A stretch of 64,000 nt of DNA. Source: the human T2T-CHM13v2.0 reference genome, Homo sapiens. Made by a program: the position numbers and the translations under genes. Every line of letters begins with the position of its first letter. The first letter of the stretch is position 1. The notes beneath the pieces were generated by a model. It was not told the origin of the DNA and did not search any database. It saw nothing but the letters and a program-made list of their open reading frames with translations. Below are positions 1 to 13,160 of the stretch, piece by piece. The stretch lies in the NCBI RefSeq assembly GCF_009914755.1, contig NC_060947.1; one strand, given 5' to 3'.

Positions 1-894
1 ACGAGATAGCATTTGCACACATAAGTTGTAATTAAGTTGTGATCAGACCAGTAATAAATAATAAAAAGATATTGGAACATTCACTGCTTTGAAGGTTAGA
101 AGGAAGTAGAAATAGAAAGCAAACCAGCTTCTGTTCCTGGGGGAGAAGAATGCAACAGAAGCTTTGGGAGCCATGGAGTGCGTCTTACAGATGTCAACCA
201 CATGGTGATGAATGGAACTGTGCAATGAATGGAGAATTACAATGAGGCACTGCTGTTAGGTTAAGGTGCATATAGGTATCTCTGTCCCATATAATTGACA
301 AAGATTTTTTTTCAGACAACTGAATCTTATTCATACCTTTATTCCCAAAGGAAGATTAATTGAATTCTCTTTTTACTCAAAGGGGATGATGTTTAGGACT
401 TTATCACACGTGGGTCACAATAAGTTTTCACTGATGAAGATATAATTCAGATGAGAGTGTGAGCAGAGAATGAGGGGAAATTGGGTGTATACTATCAAGG
501 GGTACTGATATTTAAAAAATGACATTGTTCAACATAATCCTTTCCATTCAGGCAAAATGTGTTTCTTGTGCAAAATAGGGTACAGGAATGAAAAATATTT
601 TATTTTCTGCATCTTTGGAGAGCTAAGGATGGAATAGAAAGAAAAGATGTGAAAAACAGAGAAATTGTGTGGGAGAAGAAAATATTGATGGAATGAGTAC
701 AGGAATGAAGATGAGGGAAAAGAAGACAGACGCAGAATGGAGACCATTCAGATACAACAATTGCAGACAGGCAGACGGACGATGCTCATGTCCACTAAGA
801 GAAGATGGTCATAGACACAGCGACCTCCGAGAAGGAAACTTTAAGAATATGCAGGCACAAATTAGCTTAATTCACATAGGGTTAGGGAATATTT

Positions 895-1125
895 CTGTAG
901 CCTGGTGGTTAAGCATTTCAGCTGTGAGGTAAAATAGACCTTAGTTCAAGTCCTGGGTGACATCCTGGCTGGGCATTGAGTGACACTGAGCAAGTTTCAT
1001 CGGACTGCCTCAAATCTCAGTCTTCTCACCTATAAAATATATATTTAAAAAGCATCTACTCATAGGATGTTGTGAATTAAGTGAAATAATGAATGTGAAG
1101 CCCTTCATTTAATGGCTGACACAGC
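895..1125 (+). mobile_element. MIR SINE (degenerate)
   Basis: MIR core resemblance: gtggttaagc...gagcaagtt...ctcagtcttctcacctataaaat. Confidence 0.65.
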
Positions 1126-2134
1126 CTAACTCAGCAGACAGTATTTCAAGTGCTTACAAGTCAGACTGCAGAGAGCAAAACTAGATGAAGTTTTGCTGAA
1201 GTATAAAGGGAACATGCTTTTCAAAGGGGAGATTCTCTCACCTCCAAACACTGATACACCGTGCAGGAGACCTCTAGGTGTTGGCAAATTGTCACGTTTT
1301 TAAGAGATGCTGCATCACAATCTGACTGTTACGTTGATTTTTAAATGTTTACAATTTATTTGATTTTTACAAACATGTTGCAGGACAAATGAATACATCG
1401 GGGGCTGTGAATATCTACCTGAGCACAGCTGGTGACCTCTGTATTAAAAATTATTTTTCTCTTATAGTCACTGCTATAATGCAGACCACTATGATTACTA
1501 ATATAACTGTGATTATTTTACTTTTCTTTTTGGGGCAAGTCACTATCTTGGTGCTTTGGAGCTACCAAGACTATAAAAAAGGAAATATAATATAAACCAT
1601 CAGAGAAGCTTTAACCTAGAAAATAAGTTAATATGCACAAATATGTACAATTAAATGATCCACAAGGTATACATATTTTATAAATTTCTATGACAGAGGG
1701 AGATTTCTTTTTCGTTTCAAACAACCATGATTGTGTTTTCAAAAAAGCAGCCCCTTTGTGGTGGTCCCATTTTAAATGGATTTTACATTAAATTAAGTAG
1801 TGCCTCTAGAAAGCTTGACATATGCTAGTTATTTATCAATGTCATTATTGGCATCATTATTTTACATACAACCAGACAGCCAGCATATTTGTGTACCTCA
1901 GGACTTAAAACTAGCTTGAAATATGTTACATTTCATCAAGGTTAACGAGCTTGACACCAAATATGCTAATTTAAAGGTGGCAGGCATGTGAACAAAGGAA
2001 CAAAGATACTGTGTCCAAGAAGTTTGTTGCAATGAGGGAATAAAGGAAAGGTTCTAAATGTTAGTCAAGAGGGCCGTTGTTAAGTGACTTCTAGACAGTA
2101 GAGTGCTGTTGTTAAAAAGAGTAAGGGAATAATA

Positions 2135-2385
2135 GTTACTAGTTATATAGCATTTGTTATGTGGGTAACATTCTTCTACTTCCTTAGGTGCTTTGATGTA
2201 AATAATCCTTATACTTAGCCTAAAAGGCCAGTGATATTTCATGCCCATTTTACACAAGAGGAAACTCAGACCTAGGAAAGCTATCAGTAATTCACCCAAA
2301 ATCTCACAGGTTGGAAGTGGGGGAGGCAGAATCTGAATTCAAGCAGTCAAAATTTGGGGTCAATGCTTCTAAATGCTATCATAAA
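2135..2385 (-). mobile_element. MIR SINE
   Basis: cccattttacacaagaggaaactcagacctagg, reverse MIR core. Confidence 0.65.
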
Positions 2386-2514
2386 CTAATTTCCTAGAGC
2401 TTTTTATACTGGTATACCTGACTCCTCTAATAGTAGTGAGAGTTGCAAAATGAAGAATGATATGTATGATGCAATTCAACTTACTTAAATAAGGTAGTAA
2501 TACCTAATACATAC

Positions 2515-2830
2515 TTATCTGCGGGTTCTGTGCCTAGAAGGATACCCAGTAAACTCTTCACTGAAAGCACTGTATTCCGAGTCTCAACTTTTCACTTTTG
2601 ATGTTCATTTCCTTTTGTCCTGTTATAAGAATGGATTTCTGCAAGGTTCTTCAATTCTCAAGAATTACCATGCTCTTTCTGAGTTTACTTGTTTATTTAT
2701 TTAGGAACTCATTGTTTTACACCCAGGCAGCCTATGTTGTTCTCCAATTATAACTTCCTTAAAATTCTTGTAACTCTTGTGAAATTTTTCTTCTGTCCTT
2801 CCCGTTATTTCGACTTAAACAGGAACTGTT
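2515..2830 (-). pseudogene. Possible pseudo-exon, charged low-complexity region
   Basis: KSYKNFKEVIIGEQHRLPGCKNNEFLK*...VKSLLGILLGTEPAD then gtatgt donor; several stops; 5' limit unclear. Confidence 0.25.
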
Positions 2831-3929
2831 GGCTGTAGACATGAGCCTCAGCCTTAGTCCTGTGGACTACACAGTCTCCTTCAGTGAAATGCGTTTTCCT
2901 TTTGCCAGCTTGTAAGAGGTCATGTCTGGACCCCTATTGGGGGCAGCCTGTTGGTAACCCAGGTAGCAGTTGATGGCCAGGAAGGCTACTCTTCCTATGG
3001 TCTGGCTCTCAGCAAAGTGAAAGCTGTGGCCAAATTCCCCTTTTCATGTCTTGGGAGACCTCTTCCATGGTTCCTTGGACATAAAATGGTGCAGGATCTA
3101 TTCAGACTCACATCCACTGGCTTGAGTGGCTTCTCAGGTCTCCAGTCTATAACAGAGAGGGTGCAGAAAATCCTACCAGAGAAGAGACTTGGATGCTTTT
3201 GCCCCAAGTTTTAAGGATGTATTATCATTCTTCTAAATCCTAGGTTACTGTTTTTGTTTGTTTGTTTGTTTGTTTGCCTGGCAGCACAGACAATAAATGC
3301 TAGATTTTCCCACTCTGTCCCCTGAAAATCTCAGGCCAATTCAAGATCTAGGACATACTTTTATACTTTTCCAACATACCGTGGATGTGATATTACCAAA
3401 GAGGAATAGATAGGAAAGGCAGTGTCCAAGCTACCTTCCTTCCATAAGGCTACACAAAATATTATCCATGGCTACACTGTCTTAAAAATATTCCAGCAAA
3501 TAAATGTATCCTAGTTTGTTTAGTGTTTCTACTCTTGCTAGATGTATGATAAGCTGGTAATTTTCACCATATGAACATCCTTACCCAAACGTTTTTATTC
3601 TGCTTTAAATAGTTTTTAGCATGCATTCATATAAATTTGGATTCTGAGTCAAAAAGCATAGGAGTTTCTTTCATTTGGATACATAGTTCAAAACTGGTTT
3701 CCCAGAGAGTTGTACTTATTTATAGGATTGCCTGCAATGTTCAGTTCCTGTAGCCATTAATCTCACCCATGACAGCATGAGATTCCTTGTAAGCCTCAAT
3801 TAAGAAAAGAATTACAGCTGGTGGGGCCTTCCTCTTTCATTTTGTAAAATCCCAATTTTTCCTCATAAAGTTCAAAGGATCTTTTTAATAACAAACAAAC
3901 AAACAAAAAGCTTAAAGCAGGAGGTGGGA

Positions 3930-4130
3930 AATATATGAACAATTCTCTTAAACCAAAGCCTTCCCTTTTGTCTTCTTTCTTTTGCCTCAAGATCTTTAAA
4001 CAGTTTGCCTCCCATGGGCTTCTCCAGGTTTTCCTCTTCCCTGGAGATTTCTAGATACCTTAGGGGAGAGTTGTTTTTCGAGTGGTACAACCCATCGGCA
4101 ACTGATTTGTACAGGGAACTGGCTGATTCT
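3930..4130 (-). pseudogene. Possible pseudo-exon
   Basis: tag acceptor then open frame ESASSLYKSVADGLYHSKNNSPLRYLEISREEENLEKPMGGKLFKDLEAKERRQKGRLWFKRIVHIF (ORF 3872-4090). Confidence 0.3.
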
Positions 4131-4273
4131 CTAGTACATTTCAGAAATGTGAAATTGCTTAGGGTCTTGAGGCTGCATTTTAACTTTTAGCAGAGTTTCA
4201 TAATGAACTAAACAGCGATGTTTTGTTCTAGGCACTTTTCATTCACAGCTGAGTTTACAGCTAAAAGATATTT

Positions 4274-4451
4274 GCCTAGGCATTGTGGTGCATGCCTGTA
4301 GTCCCAGCTACTCAGGAAGCTGAGGTGGGAGGATTTCTAGATCCCAGGAGTTTGAGGCTACCGTGAGCTTCAGTTGCGCCACCGCATGCCACCTGGGATG
4401 ACATAGTGAAACCCTGTCTCTAAAAATTTTAAAAATATAAAAAATAAAAAA
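4274..4451 (+). mobile_element. Alu monomer (FRAM/FAM-like)
   Basis: gcctgtagtcccagctactcagg...gaaaccctgtctct plus A-rich tail; single monomer. Confidence 0.85.
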
Positions 4452-5089
4452 GTGATTAAATTCAACCTGAAGAAATCGAAGAATCTTCGTCCCTACATTT
4501 GAGGGCTCTAATCATATTTAGGATCACCGTGCTGTTGAAAAGGAAAACCTACCCAGGTGACTAATAAGTGAAAATGTGTTCTCTTTGAAAATATTTAACC
4601 ACCTTTGTGACTTAAATTCTATTCGTAGCTTATTTTAGTTTCCAGGAAACTAAATTTCATTAATAAGAAAGAATTTGACACTAATTTGGGCCCCATGTAA
4701 ATTTTGTTTCTGAGATTCCCTAGTGGTATGAATAAACACCCCTCCCCATATAAAATGGAGATCCACTGTAAGACTATAAGATTCCTCTAGCAGAAACCCA
4801 ACCTTCTGTATAATCACTTTCCTTTCTGTGATATTTCTTCTATTACTTTTCATGAAATATTTTATGCCATGCATGGCTCACAGTGACAAAGCTTATAGCA
4901 CAAAAACAAAATAGAGATCCAGACACTAACAGAATTGTTGCAAAATGGTCTTTGTAATTTAATCCACTCCACTGTATTATGATCTCCAGGTTTTGCTTTA
5001 CTACTCCAGGAGATCTTAGACCCCTTTTTTCTATGCCTTTAAGATTTCTCTCGGTCGGGAGTGCAAATATTTGTGAACTTGCCCTATCA

Positions 5090-5366
5090 CATTTCCACAG
5101 TTAGCCTCATCAGACGCCTAGCTGAAGAAAGTAGATTTTTCATGCATAGCCTCAGAAAGTTTCTTACCAGTTCTCGTCTTCTGAGCCCATTCTCCAAACT
5201 GGCATAAAAATAATATTCATGATATTTTTAATCTGAAACCAAGCTGAATAGACTTCTGACACTCCTTCCAGCTTCAAGAGAGCTATTGTTGCACCTTAAT
5301 TTGAGAGGCAAGCATTGAAGATTTTCAGAAACACACAGTCATTGTATCAGCTGTTTTTTTCATACT
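5090..5366 (-). pseudogene. Possible pseudo-exon
   Basis: Strong acceptor tttactttccatttcccttag; frame reads ...YFYASLENGLRRRELVRNFLRLCMKNLLSSARRLMRLTVEM with stops. Confidence 0.35.
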
Positions 5367-5464
5367 CTAAGGGAAATGGAAAGTAAACATTCTATCCAAA
5401 GTATTATTTGTATTCTTGCTTGACAGAACTCCAAAAAGTCTCAAGAGGCAGATTTAATATACAC

Positions 5465-5613
5465 CTTGGTTGAGCGTTGCAGCTCCAATATATTTTTAAA
5501 GATAATGACAAGAGGCCAGGTTCTCAGCCCCGTTGCTTGCCAAAATGGAAGGGAATGTCTGGAGAGGCTTAAATTCCAAGCTTTGGGTTCAGCTAGACTA
5601 TCTTCACCACTGC
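5465..5613 (-). pseudogene. Possible pseudo-exon remnant abutting MER20
   Basis: EPKAWNLSLSRHSLPFWQATGLRTWPLVIIFKNILELQRSTK then gtgtat; LPFW motif. Confidence 0.3.
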
Positions 5614-5824
5614 AGAGTTTCTCAGTCTTGAACTGTTGGGACTGCAGCTGAATAATTCTGTGCAGGAATTATTATTGAGATCCCTGGCTTTTCTACTCAC
5701 TGGATACGGTTGGTACCTGAAGCACCTCCTCCCACTGCGACAAGCCAAAATGTCTTCAGGAGTTGCCAGATATCCCCAGGGTGGAGGGAGTGGGGAACAA
5801 AGATGGCCTTGGTTGAAAACCATG
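5614..5824 (-). mobile_element. MER20 (hAT-Charlie)
   Basis: cagagtttctca...tccctggc...aaaatgtcttcagga...ggttgaaaacca matches reverse MER20. Confidence 0.75.
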
Positions 5825-5929
5825 ACTGTAGTCTGTGCCTTTCCAGGAATCACACTAGCTACCCATAGGGATTTTACAGAGGACTCTTCTTCATATACTT
5901 ATATTTAATCATTTTCTTCCTTAACCCTC

Positions 5930-6095
5930 TAGAACTGTGCTGTCCAATGTGGTAGCATCTAGCCATATATGAATGTTTAAATCAATCAAAATTAAATACA
6001 ATTTAAAAACCCATTCTCTAGCCATATGTGGCTAATGGGTATTGCATATTAGAGAATATTTCCACATCCCAGCAAATTTTATTGGACAGTACTGA
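5930..6095. mobile_element. MER3/MER33-like MITE
   Basis: TIR-like ends gtgctgtccaat ... attggacagtac. Confidence 0.7.
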
Positions 6096-6315
6096 TCTAA
6101 AGAAAGCATTCTTAGAGGGAGACAAATCATCCCCAAGGGACAAAGAAAGGGTTCTTTCTTGAGAAGGGCAAATCTCCCTCTATTTATAAAGCACAAATAT
6201 ACATAATATGTGTTTTACTTACACAGTGTAAAATGTGTATACAACATGTCTGTGGTGTTAAAGTTATCTGTAACAGGAATGAGTTTAGAAAACAGAAGAC
6301 TAAAACCCACCTTAC

Positions 6316-6519
6316 CTGGGGCTTATGAAGAAACACTGGTTATGGATTTATTTTCCTCTTTTGAGATATAATTTGGAACTTGAAGTGCTAGATTTGCAAA
6401 TGCATCATTGCGGCTTTAAGATCCTTTAATGCCATAATGAAACCTCTATTCTTATTTTCCCTTTTACTTATAGCTTTCAAACAATGTAACTGAAGATACA
6501 CATTTTCATTTAACAACAA
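6316..6519 (-). pseudogene. Pseudo-exon, 204 nt
   Basis: cttctttag acceptor, CAG|gtaagg donor; LLLNENVYLQLHCLKAISKRENKNRGFIMALKDLKAAMMHLQI*...; resembles RGS N-terminal helices. Confidence 0.45.
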
Positions 6520-6646
6520 CTAAAGAAGCTTGTGGAATTTTGCAATTGAAATTTTAAGTTACTGGAAGCTCCTCTAACTAGCTTAATGATTTCTAAACAA
6601 AAGGATCCTATTCAAAAATATTAGATTCATTTTATATGATAACATG

Positions 6647-7023
6647 TGTATTAGTCTGTTCTCACACTGCTATGAAGAAATACTCAAGACTGTGTAATTT
6701 ATAAAGGAAAGAGGTTTAATTGACTCACAGTTCCGCATGGCTGGGAAGGCCTCAGGAAACTTATAATCATGGCAGAGGGCAAAGGAGAAGCAGGCATCTT
6801 CTTCACGGGGCGTCAGGACAGAGTGAGTGCAAGCAGGGGAAATGCCAGACGCTTACAAAACAATGAGATCTTGTGAGACTCACTCACTATCAGGAGAACA
6901 GCATGGGGGAAACTGCCCCCATGATTCAGTTACCTCCACCTGGTCCCGCCCTTGACATGTGGGGATTATGGGGATTCCAATTTGAGGTGAGATTTGGGTG
7001 GGCAGACAGAGGAATCCATATCA
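6647..7023 (-). mobile_element. THE1D/MSTA MaLR solo LTR
   Basis: tgtattagtctgttctcacactgct...gagatttgggtggg...catatca. Confidence 0.9.
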
Positions 7024-7689
7024 ACAGGAATACAATGTTTTGATATTTTTAATTTAATTAGAAAAGAAAGTTATAAATAATATTTTGATGATGAATTAAT
7101 TCATATATTTGGTTTAAACAAGAAAGTACCCAACTCATTGCTGGAGTGATGGGTTATTTGTAATGGACATCTGTCATTATTTTCTGGCTGGATATCTGAG
7201 GTCCTTTTTGGGTTTGGGGAGATTGTTAGTGATGAGTCTTAAGGGAAGGTAAAGCTCTGCTTTTTGTTACCAAAGCAACAAGGTTAGATTCTGGTTGTCC
7301 CTGACCTAGATAATCATAGGCCCATGACCTAGTATTGGTCATTTGGATATTCTGATCCAGGACTTTATAGTGGGGGCAGATGACACAGAGTGTGTCAGTA
7401 GCAGTTTGAAATTTTGGTCAGCTGCATAATGACCTTGAGTAAATCTTCTTGCTTCTTATGTTAGCAAGTATTGACACCTATATTTTGCATCCAAGGATAT
7501 TATCCGTAAAAGTATTTTCCATAAGGTACAGCTCTGGTAGGAGTTCCAGGGATGATTTTATGCAGATTTTGGTCAGGCTACCATAGAAACTCCTAGCCCC
7601 CTCTCCAAATTAGTGCAAGCGCAAATCAGCCTGAGATAATTACATGAAAGCATACCATGGTGAGTAGGGCAGAGGAGGTAAAAACTTAC

Positions 7690-7761
7690 AAATAAGAAGC
7701 TATTTTTCTGCCAAATGGTCCTTAATCCAAGGAATAATTTCTCCAAGAGAAATATCCAAAT
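7690..7761 (-). pseudogene. Pseudo-exon, 72 nt
   Basis: cacag acceptor, gtaagt donor; LDISLGEIIPWIKDHLAEK*LLI (TAG could derive from TGG); resembles the RGS terminal helix. Confidence 0.45.
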
Positions 7762-7809
7762 CTGTGTTAGACAATCAACATTACTGAAGCTAGATTCCAA
7801 GTAATTTCC

Positions 7810-10030
7810 AAAGGAATTATACAGTTTCACTTTCCCACCACAAATGTATCTGAGTTCCAGTTCCTTCACACTCTCACCATCACTTGATATTATCAGTCTT
7901 TCTATTTTAGCTATTCTGATGGATGTATAGTGTTATGTACTTCCAGGTTTTAGCCCTTAATGCTAATCATGTTGAGTATTTCTTAGTATGCTTATTTGCC
8001 ATTTGTGGATATTGTGTGGCGAAATGTCTGCTCACATACGTTGATGATTTTAATTGGATTTTTGCATTATTATAAGTTGTAAGAGTTCTTGATGCATTTT
8101 GAATTAAGATTTTGTTGAATTTCTGTCTCTTACAGTCTTTTTTTCCATTTTCTTAATGATGTCTCTAGAAGAGCAGAAGATTTAAAATTTGAAATTCACT
8201 CTATCATCTTTTTTATGATTTGTGCTTTTCAAGTCACACTTAAAAACTCATTATATAACTTGAGGTCACAGCTTTCTCCTTATAATTTTAGCTTTGGGGT
8301 TTAGGACTGTCTATGACACATTTAGAGTCAATTTTTGCATAAGTTGTTAAGTTGAAACTTAGATTTATTACCTTGTTTATACCAATGAATATGTTTCAAA
8401 ATTTACCCATATACATTGTTATACTATGACTAGCAGTCCTCATTCCCTTATTTGATTCCACATATCCATCTTCCATCTGATGCCATTTTTTTGATGCTTG
8501 GAGAAATTCTTTTTATATTCTTTGTAAAAGATTTCTATTGGCCATAAATTTTCTCTGGTTTTGTTTGTCTAAAAAATTCTTATATTTACATTCATTTTAG
8601 AATAATTTTTGTGCTAGATAAAAAATTCCAAGTTAATTTTTTTTCTTTTAATGTTTCAAACATGCTAATCTACTGTCTTCTGACTTGGATGATTTCTGAC
8701 AAGATATCTTAAGTGATGATTATCTTTATTCCTCTGCATAAAATGTGCTTTTTTCCTCTAACTCACTTTAAGATTTTTCACTATATTGCTAGGTTTAGCC
8801 AATTTGCTAAGGATTTGACTTGATGTAATTTCATTATATTTTGTTCAATTTGGAGTTTGTTGACCTTATCTAATCTTAAATTTGTAATTTTTATCAAACG
8901 TAGGAAACCGTCAATCATTATTTCCCAAATATTTTTCTGTCCCATTTCACCATTTTCTACTTCTAGGATTACAATTGAACTTTTATCAGGCCATGTGATA
9001 TTGTTCCACATTTAATTACTCCTTTCTTTCATGGTTTTGTCTCTATGACTCAGCTTAATAATTTCAATTACTGTGTCTTCTAATTCACATGCCTTTTCTT
9101 CTGCATCTTGCAATTAATCCTGTGCAATGAATTTTTATTTCAGATATGTTATTTTTCATCTCAAGTATTTATATTCAGTTCTTAGGCTTCCAATTTTTTC
9201 CTTATTTATAATGATGCTTTCTTTTAAATCCTTGACCATTTTGAATATAACAACTGTTTTAAAATCTTTTTCTGCTAATCCCGTCACTTTAATTTCTGAA
9301 TCTGATTCTATTATTTTTATCATGGAAAATATTTTACATTGTCTTGATGTTTGGCCTTTCTATACAATTTTTAATTGGTTGTGAAACATAATGCATGTTA
9401 TTTATTTTAGAGTCTAAATGTTATCTTCCTTTAGGAGTAAATTCTCACCTGAGGTAAATTGAAGTTACTTCTAGATAGGATGGATGCTTTAAAGGGTTGT
9501 TTTTAAGCTTTGTCAGGGCATTGCTAGAGTAACCATTAGCCTAGGTTTAGTTTAACCTTAATACTAAGACGTGGTCCTACCGCAGCCGATAATAAGGCCC
9601 TAGTTCTTAATTCTATACTCTGAACAATTTAAACTTCCACACCTTATTACCCTGTGTACGCTCTGGAAATTGTTCCGCTTACAGATCCCTGGAGATTTCT
9701 GCCCAGACTGATAGAGTTTCATCAACTATATGTATGTCCTTATTTGTAGAAAACACTTAAAAGAACCTCTATACAGATTTTTAGAGGTCTTTCTTCATGA
9801 AGTTTTATGCTTTCTAGAACTCTGTCCTGCAACTCTTGCCACCTCAGCTTCCCTGAACTTTGATCTCTGTTTTATCAACTCAGTGATTGCCTTCCTCTGT
9901 TTTTAAAGCCTCGAATGTTTGTCCAGGTGCAAAGGGCAATTGTCAGACTCATACACATAAGAGATCCCATTTCTGTCTTGATCGTTGTACAACATCTGAA
10001 AGCAATTGTTTCATATATTTTGTCTAGTGG
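7810..10030 (-). mobile_element. Ancient L1 (L1M/L1ME) fragments
   Basis: T-rich antisense L1 motifs: tcccaccacaaatgtat, ttgccatttgtggatatt, ctactgtcttctgacttg. Confidence 0.7.
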
Positions 10031-10789
10031 TCTGTTTATTGCTTATCCCTTTTTTTTTGTCTAAAGCATAAATCCCACTAATCCTCACATGTTTCTTATA
10101 TAAACATATCCTCAGTATCAGCATTGATGTCTCTGAGAATCTTCTCATTTTTCCTATCTTATTTAAAGTAGCCACCATGCAAATTACTCTCTAACTCTTT
10201 GTCTCATTCAAATTTTCTTATAAAATTTCACAAAATATAAAAAACATATTTCTTACTTATTGGTTCAACTCTTTATTACATTCCTTCCCCTTAAGGCACT
10301 TTGCTTTGCACATAGTAGGTGCTCTAAAAATGTGGGAATTATAATAAGTACTTAATGCTTGATTTGTGGAATGGGCATTCTACCAATTAAATTTGTAAAC
10401 CTAATCTTATATATTCTTTAGTATAAGATCACCTCTTTAAGGCTTTTTCTTATCTCTGATTTTGGCAAGAGGATAATTCCATATGTTTTAACTAAAAATT
10501 ACAAAGTACAAAAATAAAGTTCACTGGATGACATTTATGCCTCAGGAAATATGTAGAAGATTATATTGTAGTCATTGTATTAATCCCACAGGTAGCCAAC
10601 TGACTTTAATCAACAAATATTACATGTCTTTTCCTGTGTGCACAGTGCTATATAGCTGTTTAGTGGAAGTGGATTTGAACATATTAGACCTATTTCCTCA
10701 CAATGAGCAAATGATTCAGAAGCATGGAATATTATAGGTAAAGAATCCATGGAGATTGCTTTTTTTTTTTGGTCAAAAAATGGGAATGG

Positions 10790-11380
10790 TGGTTGATTCG
10801 ACTAGATGGATAAAGATATCGTAAAGATAGGCTGATCATAGTGTCTTTTATTGTCTTACTAGGGAATTTTAGTTATTTTAATTACAGAGAATTTCTTGGT
10901 ATTATTAAGTAGGAAAAGAGTTAGATAAGACAAATTTCTTTTGGAACTGAATTAAGAAAAAAACAGGTAAGAGGAAATAAGTTAGGAGGCTATAATGGTA
11001 GCATGCACGACAAGTAACAATGGCTTGGTTTTGGTTGGTGTTGGTAGAATGGTAATTAATAGAGGCAAAGCTGAAAAAATAAAATGAAAAAGAAAAATAA
11101 ATTCACTTGGAATCCTATCAGATATAAGGGCCTAGAGAAAAGATCTTTAAGATTCCTGATCCAAGAGTTTGGAAATCAATGATGTCATTAGAGGAAATAG
11201 GAAAGTCACACCCAGGGAGCGTTTGGGGAAAAGAGAGTTTAGCAATGGGCACACTGAGATGTCAACAGCAGTAAGACATTCAGGTGTAACTCCCCAGCAG
11301 ACAGGTGGGGATACATTTCTGATTCACATGGGAGTTTGGTTAGGGCTAGAATACTAGATCTGAGAGTGATCTGTAGAGGC
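10790..11380 (+). mobile_element. L2 LINE fragment
   Basis: gttaggaggctataatggtag...ggggaaaagagagtttagc...ctgagatgtc, typical L2 sequence. Confidence 0.55.
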
Positions 11381-11537
11381 CACACAGATCACTTTTATAA
11401 GTTCCTCCCCTTTCATAACATAGTAAGCCAATCCTCAGTAGCATGGAAGAGCTAAAAAGCAGACATTCATGGCATAATACTTATAAAAGTGAATTAAAAT
11501 GTATATGTCTGAAATTGCAGACTCCCTAAACTACCAC

Positions 11538-11855
11538 CTTTTCAGGCTTTATAATCAGGGTGTGATCATTAAGTTCCATCTCCTTGCTTACTTGTTCATT
11601 GGCACATAGCCATGTTTATCTTGTCCGGAGGCACATCAACATGCTGCTTGCCCAGCATCGTATCTTATAACAATGATTGCACATTTTCACTTCTGACCAT
11701 GATCCTTGATGTCTGTTCTTACTCTTATTCAGTAGCCACAGCCCAACCTCATAAAGTAGTGGATTATCAAGAGGGGATAGACAGAGTAGGCTGTTTATCA
11801 AGATTTGATCCCAAATATAACCGAAGTATATCCTTAAATGACTTTTAAAACCTAC
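11538..11855 (-). pseudogene. Frameshifted pseudo-exon
   Basis: cttcag acceptor; pieces KSFKDILRLYLGSNLDKQPTLSIP / LLYEVGLWLL / MLGKQHVDVPPDKINMAM / EQVSKEMELNDHTLIIKPEK lie in shifting frames. Confidence 0.4.
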
Positions 11856-12490
11856 CTGAAGTTTGGGGCCATAAAACATATTTATATTCAATGTAGTTCA
11901 AAACAAGAAAGCCTGTAGAAAATGAAAAGATTACTGTAGTTATTTTTCAAATCCTAAAACTTTAGATTATCCCATAAATTTTGGGTTCAAGAAAAAGCTG
12001 GGAAATAGGTTACAAAAATAAGTCTCATACCCAGAATTGCCTTTTGAAATACTGTGCTAAGAAAATATTATGGATGTAATTGTCATTTCTTTTTCATGGG
12101 CATGCTGCTGTTTTAGATATATTCTTTTTTTGAAATGCATGAAGTCTTTCTGAAATAGGTACAGCACATCAGAAAGAAAGATCTATCTAAAACTTGAGGT
12201 TTTACCATTTGGGCACAGGATGATGCCGGGCACAGGATGATGCCAGCCACATTTCTTTTTGGAAAATTAGACTGAGAGGAAGGGGAAGCTCTTTTCCTGC
12301 TCCTTATCTGGGTCACAGTAAGCTTTAGCAAGGAGCGGGCAACAGGCTGCTCTTTCAGAATTCATGGTGGGAAGACACTGGGACCAACATACTAGAAGTG
12401 TTGGGAATAGGGGTGGACAATAGAAAAGGGGAACAAAGGCTCAGACACTACTGATGGGGAATTCTTGAGGATATGATACCTAAAACTTAC

Positions 12491-12792
12491 CTTAGCTCCC
12501 ATGACTAGTGCTTAAGGTATTGACAACACTCACTTTGTATGAACTCCTTTCCCTTTCACAAACTAAGATCCAGCAACTTCCTGCATTGCTGAGACTGGCT
12601 CTTCAGCAACTTAAGCACCATCACCATAGGCAATATCTCCTCCTGGTAGGTCTTTTCATCACCGCTGGCACAGAACAGTAAGTTTCCATACCCAATGAGT
12701 CTTGTCAATAATTCTCTACCAGCACGGAAGATTGAGAGAATAATTTGAATAAAATAATTTCACAACTCCATAGCTGTAACTAATTGGACTGA
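12491..12792 (-). pseudogene. Pseudo-exon, 302 nt
   Basis: acattctgtttag acceptor, AAG|gtaagt donor; SVQLVTAMEL*NYFIQIILSIFRAGRELLTRLIGYGNLLFCASGDEKTYQEEILPMVMVLKLLKSQSQQCRKLLDLSL*KGKEFIQSECCQYLKH*SWEL; the stops are TGA, TGA, TAG. Confidence 0.55.
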
Positions 12793-12997
12793 CTAAACAG
12801 AATGTACAGACAATAGAATTTACTGTATTTTAACGTAGTTAATTTAGTCATTTGATGAATTGCTGGTGGCTTGTAAATACAGCTCATGGTTAGACACCAG
12901 AATCAGAAAGAAAGATCCAAAAAGGTGTAGTCTCTGAACATATTTTTTAAGGGTTGGCAAGCATTTGTTTTAGACTACCAAGACAGACATTAATCAG

Positions 12998-13160
12998 AGC
13001 AACTCTTCTCAACTGGAGGCAAGTCTTCCTCCAGGGGACATTTGGCAACATAGGGAGACATTTTTGGTTGTCACAGCTGGGAGAAGGATGCTACTGGCAT
13101 CTAATGGGTAAAAGCCAGGGATGTGGCTAAACATCCCAGGTGCACAGGACTCCCTGTGCA
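12998..13160 (+). mobile_element. MER20
   Basis: ccaggggacatttggcaac...ttttggttgtcacagctggg...gctactggcatcta. Confidence 0.85.

Noticed and set aside
11380-11540. TYKSDL motif suggesting a kinase subdomain IX (TEX14-like)
   Set aside because: A single short motif at an L2 boundary with no other kinase motifs; RGS-like motifs recur far more often.
12211-12244. Short tandem duplications (also ~18120-18170, 52694-52721, 55752-55843)
   Set aside because: Ordinary slippage duplications with two copies each; not an array or CRISPR-like structure.
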